Source: Eledone cirrhosa | Taxonomy: Eukaryota | Assembly: GCA_964016885.1 (NCBI GenBank) | Contig: OZ024743.1 | Coordinates: 132,060,001 to 132,124,000, forward strand | Direction of reading: 5' to 3' | Length of the DNA: 64,000 nt | Shown: piece after piece, positions 35,730-47,100 of the stretch | Layout: the number at the start of each line of letters is the position of its first letter | How positions within the stretch are numbered: position 1 is the stretch's first letter | Program-made: the position numbers and the translations under genes | Notes under the pieces: model-generated | What the model was told of the DNA's origin: nothing | Databases searched by the model: none | The model's input: only the letters and a program-made list of their open reading frames with translations

Positions 35730-38700
35730 TGTTTGGTGTTTGCTGTTTGGTGTCTGCTTTTTGGTGTTTGGTGTTTGCTGTATGGTGTTTGCTGTTTCGT
35801 GTTTGGTGTTTGCTGTTTGGTGTTTGGTGTTTGCTGTTTGGTGTTTGGTCTTTGGTGCTTGGTGTTTGGTGCTTGGTGCTTGGTGTTTGGTGTTTGGTGC
35901 TTGGTGCTTGGTGCTTCGTGTTTGGTGTTTGGTGCTTGGTGTCTGGATCTTGGTGTTTGGTGTTTGGTGCTTGGTGTTTGGTGTTTGGTGCTTGGTGCTT
36001 GGTGTTTGATGCTTGGTGCTTGGTGTTTGTACTTGGTGCTTGGTGCTTGGTGTTTGGTGCTTGGTTCTTGGTGTTTGGTGCTTGGTGTTTGGTGCTTGGT
36101 GCTTGGTGTTTGGTGCTTGGTGCTTGGTGCTTGGTGCTTGGTGTTAGGTGTTTGGTGCTTGGTGCTTGGTGTTTGGTGTTTGGTTCTTGGTGCTTGGTAT
36201 TTGGTGCTTGGTGCTTGCTGCTTGGTGTTTGGTGCTTGGTGATTGATGCTTGGTGTTTGGTGCTTGGTGCTTGGTGTTTGGTTTTTGGTGCTAGGTGCTT
36301 GGTGCTTGGTGTTTGGTGCTTGGTGTTTGGTGTTTGGTGCTTGGTGCTTGGTGTTTGGTACTTGGTGCTTGGTGCTTGGTGTTTGGTGCTTGGTGCTTGG
36401 TGTTTGGTGTTTGGTGCTTGGTGCTTTGTGTTTGGTGCTTGGTGCTTGGTGCTGGGTGGTTGGTGTTTGGTGCTTGGTGCTTGGTGTTTGGTGCTAGGTG
36501 CATGGTGCTTGGTGTTTGGTGCTTGGTGCTTGGTGCTTGGTCTTTGGTGTTTGGTGTTTAGTGCTTGGTGCTTGGTGCTTGGTGTTTGGTGCTTGGTCCT
36601 TGGTGTTTGGTGCTTGGTGCTTGGTGTTTGGTGTTTGGTGCTTGGTGCTTGGTGCTTCGTGTTTGGTGTTTGGTGCTTGGTGTCTGGAGCTTGGTGTTTG
36701 GTGTTTGGTGCTTGGTGTTTGGTGTTTGGTGCTTGGTGCTTGGTGTTTGGTGCTTGGTGCTTGGTGTTTGTACTTGGTGCTTGGTGCTTGGTGTTTGGTG
36801 CTTGGTTCTTGGTGTTTGGTGCTTGGTGTTTGGAGCTTGGTGCTTGGTGTTTGGTGCTTGGTGCTTGGTGTTTGTACTTGGTGCTTGGTGCTTGCTGTTT
36901 GGTGCTTGGTTCTTGGTGTTTGGTGCTTGGTGTTTGGAGCTTGGTGTTTGGTGTTTGGTGCTTGGTGCTTGGTGTTTGGTGTTTGGTGCCTGGTGCTTGG
37001 TGTTTGGTGTTTGGTGCTTGGTGTTTGGTGTTTGGTGCTTGGTGCTTGGTGTTTGTTGCTTGGTACTTGGTGCATGGTGTTTGGTGCTGGGTGCTTGGTG
37101 TTTGGTGCTTGGTGTTTGGTGCTTGGTGCTTGGTGTTTGGTGTTTGGTGTTTGATGCTTGGTGTTTTATGCTTGGTGCTTGGTGTTTGGTGCTTGGTGAT
37201 TGTACTTGGTGCTTGGTGCTTGGTGTTTTGTGCTTGGTTCTTGGGGTTTGGTGTTTGGTGCTTGGTACTTGGTGCTTGGTGTAACGTGTTTGGTGCTTTC
37301 TGTTTACTGCTTGGTGTTTGCTGCTTGGTGCTTGGTGCTTGGTGCTTGGTGTTTGGTGTTTGGTGCTAGGTGCTTGGTGTTTGGTGTTTCGTGTTTGATG
37401 CTTGGTGTTTGGTGCTTGGTGTTTGGTGCTTGGTGCTTGGGGCTTGGTGTTTGGTGCTTGTTGCTTGGTGCTTGGTGTTTGGTGCTTGGTGCTTGGTGTT
37501 TGGTCTTTGGTGTTTGGTGCTTGGTGCTTGGTGTTTGGTGCTTGGTGCTTGGTGCTGGGTGGTTGGTATTTGGTGCTTGGTGCTTGGTGTTTGGTGCTTG
37601 TTGCTTGGTGCTTGGTGTTTGGTGCTTGGTGCTTGGTGCTTGGTCTTTGGTGCTTGGTGTTTGGTGTTTGGTGCTTGGTGCTTTGTGTTTGGTGCTTGGT
37701 GATTAGTGTTTGGTGCTTGGTACTTGGTGTTTGGTGCTTGGTGTTTGGTGTTTGCTGTTTGGTGTTTGGTGTTTGGTGTTTGCTGTTTGGTGTCTGCTTT
37801 TTGGTGTTTGGTGTTTGCTGTATGGTGTTTGCTGTTTCGTGTTCGGTGTTTGCTGTTTGGTGTTTGGTGTTTGCTGTTTGGTGTTTGGTCTTTGGTGCTT
37901 GGTGTTTGGTGCTTGGTGCTTGGTGTTTGGTGTTTGGTGCTTGGTGTTTGGTGTTTGGTGCTTGGTGCTTGGTGCTTGGTGTTTGGTGCTTGGTGTCTGG
38001 TGCTTGGTGTCTGGTGCTTGGTGTTTGGTGTTTGGTGTTTGGTGCTTGGTGTTTGGTGTTTGGTGTTTGGTGTTTGGTGCTTGTTGCTTGGTGCTTGGTG
38101 CTTGGTGTTTGGTGCTTGGTGCTTGGTGTTTGGTGCTGGGTGCTTGGTGTTTGGTGCTTGGTGCTTGGTGTTTGGTGTTTGGTGCTTGGTGCTTGGTGTT
38201 TGGTGTTTGGTGTTATATGCTTGGTGTTTGGTGCTTGGTGCTTGGTGTTTGGTGTTTGGTTCTTGATGCTTGGTATTTGGTGCTTGGTGCTTGCTGCTTG
38301 GTGTTTGGTGCTTGGTGATTGATGCTTGGTGTTTGGTGCTTGGTGCTTGGTGTTTGGTTTTTGGTGCTAGGTGCTTGGTGCTTGGTGTTTGGTGCTTGGT
38401 GTTTGGTGTTTGGTGCTTGGTGCTTGGTGTTTGGTACTTGGTGCTTGGTGCTTGGTGTTTGGTGCTTGGTGCTTGGTGTTTGGTGTTTGGTGTTTGGTGC
38501 TTGGTGCTTGGTGTTTGGTGCTTGGTGCTGGGTGGTTGGTGTTTGGTGCTGGGTGCTTGGTGTTTCGTGCTAGGTGCATGGTGCTTGGTGTTTGGTGCTT
38601 GGTGCTTGGTGCTTGGTCTTTGGTGTTTGGTGTTCAGTGCTTGGTGCTTGGTGCTTGGTGCTTGGTGCTTGGTCCTTGGTGTTTGGTGCTTGGTGCTTGG

Positions 38701-41700
38701 TGTTTGGTGTTTGGTGCTTGGTGCTTGGTGCTTCGTGTTTGGTGTTTGGTGCTTGGTGTCTGGATCTTGGTGTTTGGTGTTTGGTGCTTGGTGTTTGGTG
38801 TTTGGTGCTTGGTGCTTGGTGTTTGATGCTTGGTGCTTGGTGTTTGTACTTGGTGCTTGGTGCTTGGTGTTTGGTGCTTGGTTCTTGGTGTTTGGTGCTT
38901 GGTGTTTGGTGCTTGGTGCTTGGTGTTTGGTGCTTGGTGCTTGGTGCTTGGTGCTTGGTGTTAGGTGTTTGGTGCTTGGTGCTTGGTGTTTGGTGTTTGG
39001 TGTTTGCTGTTTGGTGTCTGCTTTTTGGTGTTTGGTGTTTGCTGTATGGTGTTTGCTGTTTCGTGTTTGGTGTTTGCTGTTTGGTGTTTGGTGTTTGCTG
39101 TTTGGTGTTTGGTCTTTGGTGCTTGGTGTTTGGTGCTTGGTGCTTGGTGCTTGGTGTTTGGTGCTTGGTGCTTGGTGCTTCGTGTTTGGTGTTTGGTGCT
39201 TGGTGTCTGGATCTTGGTGTTTGGTGTTTGGTGCTTGGTGTTTGGTGTTTGGTGCTTGGTGCTTGGTGTTTGATGCTTGGTGCTTGGTGTTTGTACTTGG
39301 TGCTTGGTGCTTGGTGTTTGGTGCTTGGTTCTTGGTGTTTGGTGCTTGGTGTTTGGTGCTTGGTGCTTGGTGTTTGGTGCTTGGTGCTTGGTGCTTGGTG
39401 CTTGGTGTTAGGTGTTTGGTGCTTGGTGCTTGGTGTTTGGTGTTTGGTTCTTGGTGCTTGGTATTTGGTGCTTGGTGCTTGCTGCTTGGTGTTTGGTGCT
39501 TGGTGATTGATGCTTGGTGTTTGGTGCTTGGTGCTTGGTGTTTGGTTTTTGGTGCTAGGTGCTTGGTGCTTGGTGTTTGGTGCTTGGTGTTTGGTGTTTG
39601 GTGCTTGGTGCTTGGTGTTTGGTACTTGGTGCTTGGTGCTTGGTGTTTGGTGCTTGGTGCTTGGTGTTTGGTGTTTGGTGCTTGGTGCTTTGTGTTTGGT
39701 GCTTGGTGCTTGGTGCTGGGTGGTTGGTGTTTGGTGCTTGGTGCTTGGTGTTTGGTGCTAGGTGCATGGTGCTTGGTGTTTGGTGCTTGGTGCTTGGTGC
39801 TTGGTCTTTGGTGTTTGGTGTTTAGTGCTTGGTGCTTGGTGCTTGGTGTTTGGTGCTTGGTCCTTGGTGTTTGGTGCTTGGTGCTTGGTGTTTGGTGTTT
39901 GGTGCTTGGTGCTTGGTGCTTCGTGTTTGGTGTTTGGTGCTTGGTGTCTGGAGCTTGGTGTTTGGTGTTTGGTGCTTGGTGTTTGGTGTTTGGTGCTTGG
40001 TGCTTGGTGTTTGGTGCTTGGTGCTTGGTGTTTGTACTTGGTGCTTGGTGCTTGGTGTTTGGTGCTTGGTTCTTGGTGTTTGGTGCTTGGTGTTTGGAGC
40101 TTGGTGCTTGGTGTTTGGTGCTTGGTGCTTGGTGTTTGTACTTGGTGCTTGGTGCTTGCTGTTTGGTGCTTGGTTCTTGGTGTTTGGTGCTTGGTGTTTG
40201 GAGCTTGGTGTTTGGTGTTTGGTGCTTGGTGCTTGGTGTTTGGTGTTTGGTGCCTGGTGCTTGGTGTTTGGTGTTTGGTGCTTGGTGTTTGGTGTTTGGT
40301 GCTTGGTGCTTGGTGTTTGTTGCTTGGTACTTGGTGCATGGTGTTTGGTGCTGGGTGCTTGGTGTTTGGTGCTTGGTGTTTGGTGCTTGGTGCTTGGTGT
40401 TTGGTGTTTGGTGTTTGATGCTTGGTGTTTTATGCTTGGTGCTTGGTGTTTGGTGCTTGGTGTTTGTACTTGGTGCTTGGTGCTTGGTGTTTTGTGCTTG
40501 GTTCTTGGGGTTTGGTGTTTGGTGCTTGGTACTTGGTGCTTGGTGTAAGGTGTTTGGTGCTTTCTGTTTACTGCTTGGTGTTTGCTGCTTGGTGCTTGGT
40601 GCTTGGTGCTTGGTGTTTGGTGTTTGGTGCTAGGTGCTTGGTGTTTGGTGTTTCGTGTTTGATGCTTGGTGTTTGGTGCTTGGTGTTTGGTGCTTGGTGC
40701 TTGGGGCTTGGTGTTTGGTGCTTGTTGCTTGGTGCTTGGTGTTTGGTGCTTGGTGCTTGGTGTTTGGTCTTTGGTGTTTGGTGCTTGGTGCTTGGTGTTT
40801 GGTGCTTGGTGCTTGGTGCTGGGTGGTTGGTATTTGGTGCTTGGTGTTTGGTGCTTGTTGCTTGGTGCTTGGTGTTTGGTGCTTGGTGCTTGGTGCTTGG
40901 TCTTTGGTGCTTGGTGTTTGGTGTTTGGTGCTTGGTGCTTTGTGTTTGGTGCTTGGTGATTAGTGTTTGGTGCTTGGTACTTGGTGTTTGGTGCTTGGTG
41001 TTTGGTGTTTGCTGTTTGGTGTTTGGTGTTTGGTGTTTGCTGTTTGGTGTCTGCTTTTTGGTGTTTGGTGTTTGCTGTATGGTGTTTGCTGTTTCGTGTT
41101 CGGTGTTTGCTGTTTGGTGTTTGGTGTTTGCTGTTTGGTGTTTGGTCTTTGGTGCTTGGTGTTTGGTGCTTGGTGCTTGGTGTTTGGTGTTTGGTGCTTG
41201 GTGTTTGGTGTTTGGTGCTTGGTGCTTGGTGCTTGGTGTTTGGTGCTTGGTGTCTGGTGCTTGGTGTCTGGTGCTTGGTGTTTGGTGTTTGGTGTTTGGT
41301 GCTTGGTGTTTGGTGTTTGGTGTTTGGTGTTTGGTGCTTGTTGCTTGGTGCTTGGTGCTTGGTGTTTGGTGCTTGGTGCTTGGTGTTTGGTGCTGGGTGC
41401 TTGGTGTTTGGTGCTTGGTGCTTGGTGTTTGGTGTTTGGTGCTTGGTGCTTGGTGTTTGGTGTTTGGTGTTATATGCTTGGTGTTTGGTGCTTGGTGCTT
41501 GGTGTTTGGTGTTTGGTTCTTGATGCTTGGTATTTGGTGCTTGGTGCTTGCTGCTTGGTGTTTGGTGCTTGGTGATTGATGCTTGGTGTTTGGTGCTTGG
41601 TGCTTGGTGTTTGGTTTTTGGTGCTAGGTGCTTGGTGCTTGGTGTTTGGTGCTTGGTGTTTGGTGTTTGGTGCTTGGTGCTTGGTGTTTGGTACTTGGTG

Positions 41701-42160
41701 CTTGGTGCTTGGTGTTTGGTGCTTGGTGCTTGGTGTTTGGTGTTTGGTGTTTGGTGCTTGGTGCTTGGTGTTTGGTGCTTGGTGCTGGGTGGTTGGTGTT
41801 TGGTGCTGGGTGCTTGGTGTTTCGTGCTAGGTGCATGGTGCTTGGTGTTTGGTGCTTGGTGCTTGGTGCTTGGTCTTTGGTGTTTGGTGTTTAGTGCTTG
41901 GTGCTTGGTGCTTGGTGCTTGGTGCTTGGTCCTTGGTGTTTGGTGCTTGGTGCTTGGTGTTTGGTGTTTGGTGCTTGGTGCTTGGTGCTTCGTGTTTGGT
42001 GTTTGGTGCTTGGTGTCTGGAGCTTGGTGTTTGGTGTTTGGTGCTTGGTGTTTGGTGTTTGGTGCTTGGTGCTTGGTGTTTGGTGCTTGGTGCTTGGTGT
42101 TTGTACTTGGTGCTTGGTGCTTGGTGTTTGGTGCTTGGTTCTTGGTGTTTGGTGCTTGGT
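35730..42160 (+). repeat. Head-to-tail duplication of about 3.26 kb
   Basis: Offset 3264 (36243/39507, 36498/39762, 37370/40634), then 3257 (37706/40963, 38319/41576). Both copies share private GTAA and TTTACTGC variants. Confidence 0.9.
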
Positions 42161-44179
42161 GTTTGGAGCTTGGTGCTTGGTGTTTGGTGCTTGGTGCTTG
42201 GTGTTTGTACTTGGTGCTTGGTGCTTGGTGTTTGGTGCTTGGTTCTTGGTGTTTGGTGCTTGGTGTTTGGAGCTTGGTGCTTGGTGTTTGGTGCTTGGTG
42301 CTTGGTGTTTGGTGTTTGGTGCTTGGTGCTTGGTGTTTGGTGTTTGGTGCTTAGTGTTTGGTGTTTGGTGCTTGGTGCTTGGTGTTTGTTGCTTGGTACT
42401 TGGTGCATGGTGTTTGGAGCTGGGTGCTTGGTGTTTGGTGCTTGGTGTTTGGTGCTTGGTGCTTGGTGTTTGGTGTTTGGTGTTTGATGCTTGGTGTTTT
42501 ATGCTTGGTGCTTGGTGTTTGGTGCTTGGTGTTTGTACTTGGTGCTTGGTGCTTGGTGTTTTGTGCTTGGTTCTTGGTGTTTGGTGTTTGGTGCTTGGTG
42601 CTTGGTGTTTGGTGTTTGGTCCTTGGTGCTTGGTGCTTGGTGTTTAGTGCTTGGTGCTTGGTGTTTGTTGTTTGGTGCTTTCTGTTTGCTGCTTGGTGTT
42701 TGCTGCTTGGTGCTTGGTGCTTGGTGTTTGGTGTTTGGTGCTAGGTGCTTGGTGTTTGGTGTTTGGTGTTTGATGCTTGGTGTTTGGTGCTTGGTGTTTG
42801 GTGCTTGGGGCTTGGGGCTTGGTGTTTGGTGCTTGGTGCTTGGTGCTTGGTGTTTGGTGCTTGGTGCTTGGTGTTTGGTGTTTGGTGTTTGGTGCTTGGT
42901 GCTTGGTGTTTGGTGCTTGGTGCTTGGTGCTGGGTGGTTGGTATTTGGTGATTGGTGCTTGGTGCTTGGTGTTTGGTGCTTGGTGCTTGGTGCTTGGTCT
43001 TTGGTGCTTGGTGTTTGGTGTTTGGTGCTTGGTGCTTTGTGTTTGGTGCTTGGTGATTAGTGTTTGGTGCTTGGTACTTGGTGTTTGGTGATTGGTGTTT
43101 GGTGTTTGCTGTTTGGTGTTTGGTGTTTGGTGTTTGCTGTTTGGTGTCTGCTTTTTGGTGTTTGGTGTTTGCTGTATGGTGTTTGCTGTTTCGTGTTTGG
43201 TGTTTGCTGTTTGGTGTTTGGTGTTTGCTGTTTGGTGTTTGGTCTTTGGTGCTTGGTGTTTGGTGCTTGGTGCTTGGTGTTTGGTGCTTGGTGCTGGGTT
43301 CTGGGTGGTTGGTGTTTGGTGCTTGGTGTTTGGTGCTGGGTGCTTGGTGTTTGGTGCTTGGTGCTTGGTCTTTGGTGTTTGGTGTTTGGTGTTTGGGGCT
43401 TGGTGCTTGGTGCTTGGTGTTTGGTGCTTGGTGCTTGGTGTTTGGTGCTTGGTGCTTAGTGTTTGGTGCTAGGTGCCTGGGGTTTGGTGTTTGGTGCTTG
43501 GTGCTTGGTGTTTGGTGCTTGGTGCTTGGTGTTTGGTGTTTGGTGCTTGGTGCTTGGTGTTTGGTGTTTCCTGTTTGCTGTTTGGTGTTTGGTGTTTGGT
43601 GTTTGCTGTTTGGTGTCTGCTTTTTGGTGTTTGGTGTTTGCTGTATGTTATTTGCTGTTTGGTGTTTGGTGTTTGGTGTTTGGTGCTTGGTGCTTGGTGT
43701 TTGGTGCTTGGTGTTTGGTGCCTGGTACTTGGGGCTTGGTGTTTGGTGTTTGGTGCTTGGTGCTTGGAGTTTGGTGTTTGGTGCTTGGTGCTTGGTGTTT
43801 TGTGTTTGGTGTTTGGTTTTTGGTGCTTGGTTCTTGGTGCTTGGTGCTTGGTCCTTGGTGTTTGGTGCTTGGTGCTTGGTGTTTGTACTTGGTGCTTGGT
43901 GCTTGGTGTTTGGTTCTTGGTTCTTGGTGTTTGGTACTTGGTGCTTGGTGCTTGGTGTTTGGTGCTTGGTGCTTGGTGTTTGGTGTTTGGTGTTTGGTGC
44001 TTGGTGCTTGGTGTTTGGTGCTTGGTGCTTGGTGCTGGGTGGTTGGTATTTGGTGCTTGGTGCTTGGTGTTTGGTGCTTGGTGCTTGGTGCTTGGTGTTT
44101 GGTGCTTGGTGCTTGGTGCTTGGTCTTTGGTGCTTGGTGTTTGGTGTTTGGTGCTTGGTGCTTTGTGTTTGGTGCTTGG

Positions 44180-47100
44180 TGATTAGTGTTTGGTGCTTGG
44201 TACTTGGTGTTTGGTGCTTGGTGTTTGGTGTTTGCTGTTTGGTGTTTGGTGTTTGGTGTTTGCTGTTTGGTGTCTGCTTTTTAGTGTTTGGTGTTTGCTG
44301 TATGGTGTTTGCTGTTTCGTGTTTGGTGTTTGCTGTTTGGTGTTTGGTGCTTGGTGTTTGGTGCTTGGTGCTTGGTGTTTGGTGATTGGTGCTTGGTGTT
44401 TGGTGTTTGGTGCTTGGTGCTTGGTGCTTGGTGTTTGGTGCTTGGTGTCTGGTGCTTGGTGTCTGGTGCTTGGTGTTTGGTGTTTGGTGTTTGGTGCTTG
44501 GTGTTTGGTGTTTGGTGCTTGTTGCTTGGTGCTTGGTGCTTGGTGTTTGGTGCTTGGTGCTTGGTGTTTGGTGCTGGGTGCTTGGTGTTTGGTGCTTGGT
44601 GCTTGGTGTTTGGTGTTTGGTGCTTGGTGCTTGGTGTTTGGTGTTTGGTGTTATATGCTTGGTGTTTGGTGCTTGGTGCTTGGTGTTTGGTGTTTGGTGC
44701 TTGGTGTTTGGTTTTTGGTGCTAGGTGCTTGGTGCTTGGTGTTTGGTGCTTGGTGTTTGGCGTTTGGGGCTTGGTGCTTGGTGTTTGGTACTTGGTGCTT
44801 GGTGCTTGGTGTTTGGTGCTTGGTGCTTGGTGTTTGGTGTTTGGTGTTTGGTGCTTGGTGCTTGGTGTTTGGTGCTTGGTGCTGGGTGGTTGGTGTTTGG
44901 TGCTTGGTGCTTGGTGTTTCGTGCTAGGTGCATGGTGCTTGGTGTTTGGTGCTTGGTGCTTGGTGCTTGGTCTTTGGTGTTTGGTGTTTAGTGCTTGGTG
45001 CTTGGTGCTTGGTGCTTGGTGCTTGGTGCTTGGTCCTTGGTGTTTGGGGCTTGGTGCTTGGTGTTTGGTGTTTGGTGCTTGGTGCTTGGTGCTTCGTGTT
45101 TGGTGTTTGGTGCTTGGTGTCTGGAGCTTGGTGTTTGGTGTTTGGTGCTTGGTGTTTGGTGTTTGGTGCTTGGTGCTTGGTGTTTGGTGCTTGGTGCTTG
45201 GTGTTTGTACTTGGTGCTTGGTGCTTGGTGTTTGGTGCTTGGTTCTTGGTGTTTGGTGCTTGGTGTTTGGAGCTTGGTGCTTGGTGTTTGGTGCTTGGTG
45301 CTTGGTGTTTGGTGTTTGGTGCTTGGTGCTTGGTGTTTGGTGCTTGGTGCTTGGTGTTTGGTGTTTGGTGTTTCGTGCTTGGTGCTTGGTGTTTGTTGCT
45401 TGGTACTTGGTGCATGGTGTTTGGTGCTGGGTGCTTGGTGTTTTGTGCTTGGTTCTTGGTGTTTGGTGTTTGGTGCTTGGTACTTGGTGTCTGGAGCTTG
45501 GTGTTTGGTGTTTGGTGCTTGGTGTTTGGTGCTTGGTGCTTGGTGTTTGGTGTTTGGTGTTTGATGCTTGGTGTTTTATGATTGGTGCTTGGTGTTTGGT
45601 GCTTGGTGTTTGTATTTGGTGCTTGGTGCTTGGTGTTTTGTGCTTGGTTCTTGGTGTTTGGTGTTTGGTGCTTGGTACTTGGTGCTTGGTGTTAGGTGTT
45701 TGGTGCTTGGTGCTTGGTGTTTGGTGTTTGGTCCTTGGTGCTTGGTGCTTGGTGTTTAGTGCTTGGTGCTTGGTGTTTGTTGTTTGGTGCTTTCTGTTTG
45801 CTGATTGGTGTTTGCTGCTTGGTGCTTGGTGCTTGGTGTTTGGTGTTTGGTGCTAGGTGCTTGGTGTTTGGTGTTTGGTGTTTGATGCTTGGTGTTTGGT
45901 GCTTGGTGTTTGGTGCTTGGTGCTTGGGGCTTGGTGTTTGGTGCTTGGTGCTTGGTGCTTGGTGTTTGGTGCTTGGTGCTTGGTGTTTGGTTCTTGGTTC
46001 TTGGTGTTTGGTACTTGGTGCTTGGTGCTTGGTGTTTGGTGCTTGGTGCTTGGTGTTTGGTGTTTGGTGTTTGGTTCTTGGTGCTTGGTGTTTGGTGCTT
46101 GGTGCTTGGTGCTGGGTGGTTGGTATTTGGTGCTTGGTGCTTGGTGTTTGGTGCTTGGTGCTTGGTGCTTGGTGTTTGGTGCTTGGTGCTTGGTGCTTGG
46201 TCTTTGGTGCTTGGTGTTTGGTGTTTGGTGCTTGGTGCTTTGTGTTTGGTGCTTGGTGATTAGTGTTTGGTGCTTGGTACTTGGTGTTTGGTGCTTGGTG
46301 TTTGGTGTTTGCTGTTTGGTGTCTGCTTTTTAGTGTTTGGTGTTTGCTGTATGGTGTTTGGTGTTTGCTGTTTGGTGTTTGGTGTTTGCTGTTTGGTGTT
46401 TGGTCTTTGGTGCTTGGTGTTTGGTGCTTGGTGCTTGGTGTTTGGTGATTGGTGCTTGGTGTTTGGTGTTTGGTGCTTGGTGCTTGGTGCTTGGTGTTTG
46501 GTGCTTGGTGTCTGGTGCTTGGTGTCTGGTGCTTGGTGTTTGGTGTTTGGTGTTTGGTGCTTGGTGTTTGGTGTTTGGTGCTTGTTGCTTGGTGCTTGGT
46601 GCTTGGTGTTTGGTGCTTGGTGCTTGGTGTTTGGTGCTGGGTGCTTGGTGTTTGGTGCTTGGTGCTTGGTGTTTGGTGTTTGGTGCTTGGTGCTTGGTGT
46701 TTGGTGTTTGGTGTTATATGATTGGTGTTTGGTGCTTGGTGCTTGGTGTTTGGTGTTTGGTGCTTGGTGTTTGGTTTTTGGTGCTAGGTGCTTGGTGCTT
46801 GGTGTTTGGTGCTTGGTGTTTGGTGTTTGGTGCTTGGTGCTTGGTGTTTGGTACTTGGTGCTTGGTGCTTGGTGTTTGGTGCTTGGTGCTTGGTGTTTGG
46901 TGTTTGGTGTTTGGTGCTTGGTGCTTGGTGTTTGGTGCTTGGTGCTGGGTGGTTGGTGTTTGGTGCTTGGTGCTTGGTGTTTCGTGCTAGGTGCATGGTG
47001 CTTGGTGTTTGGTGCTTGGTGCTTGGTGCTTGGTCTTTGGTGTTTGGTGTTTAGTGCTTGGTGCTTGGTGCTTGGTGCTTGGTGCTTGGTGCTTGGTCCT

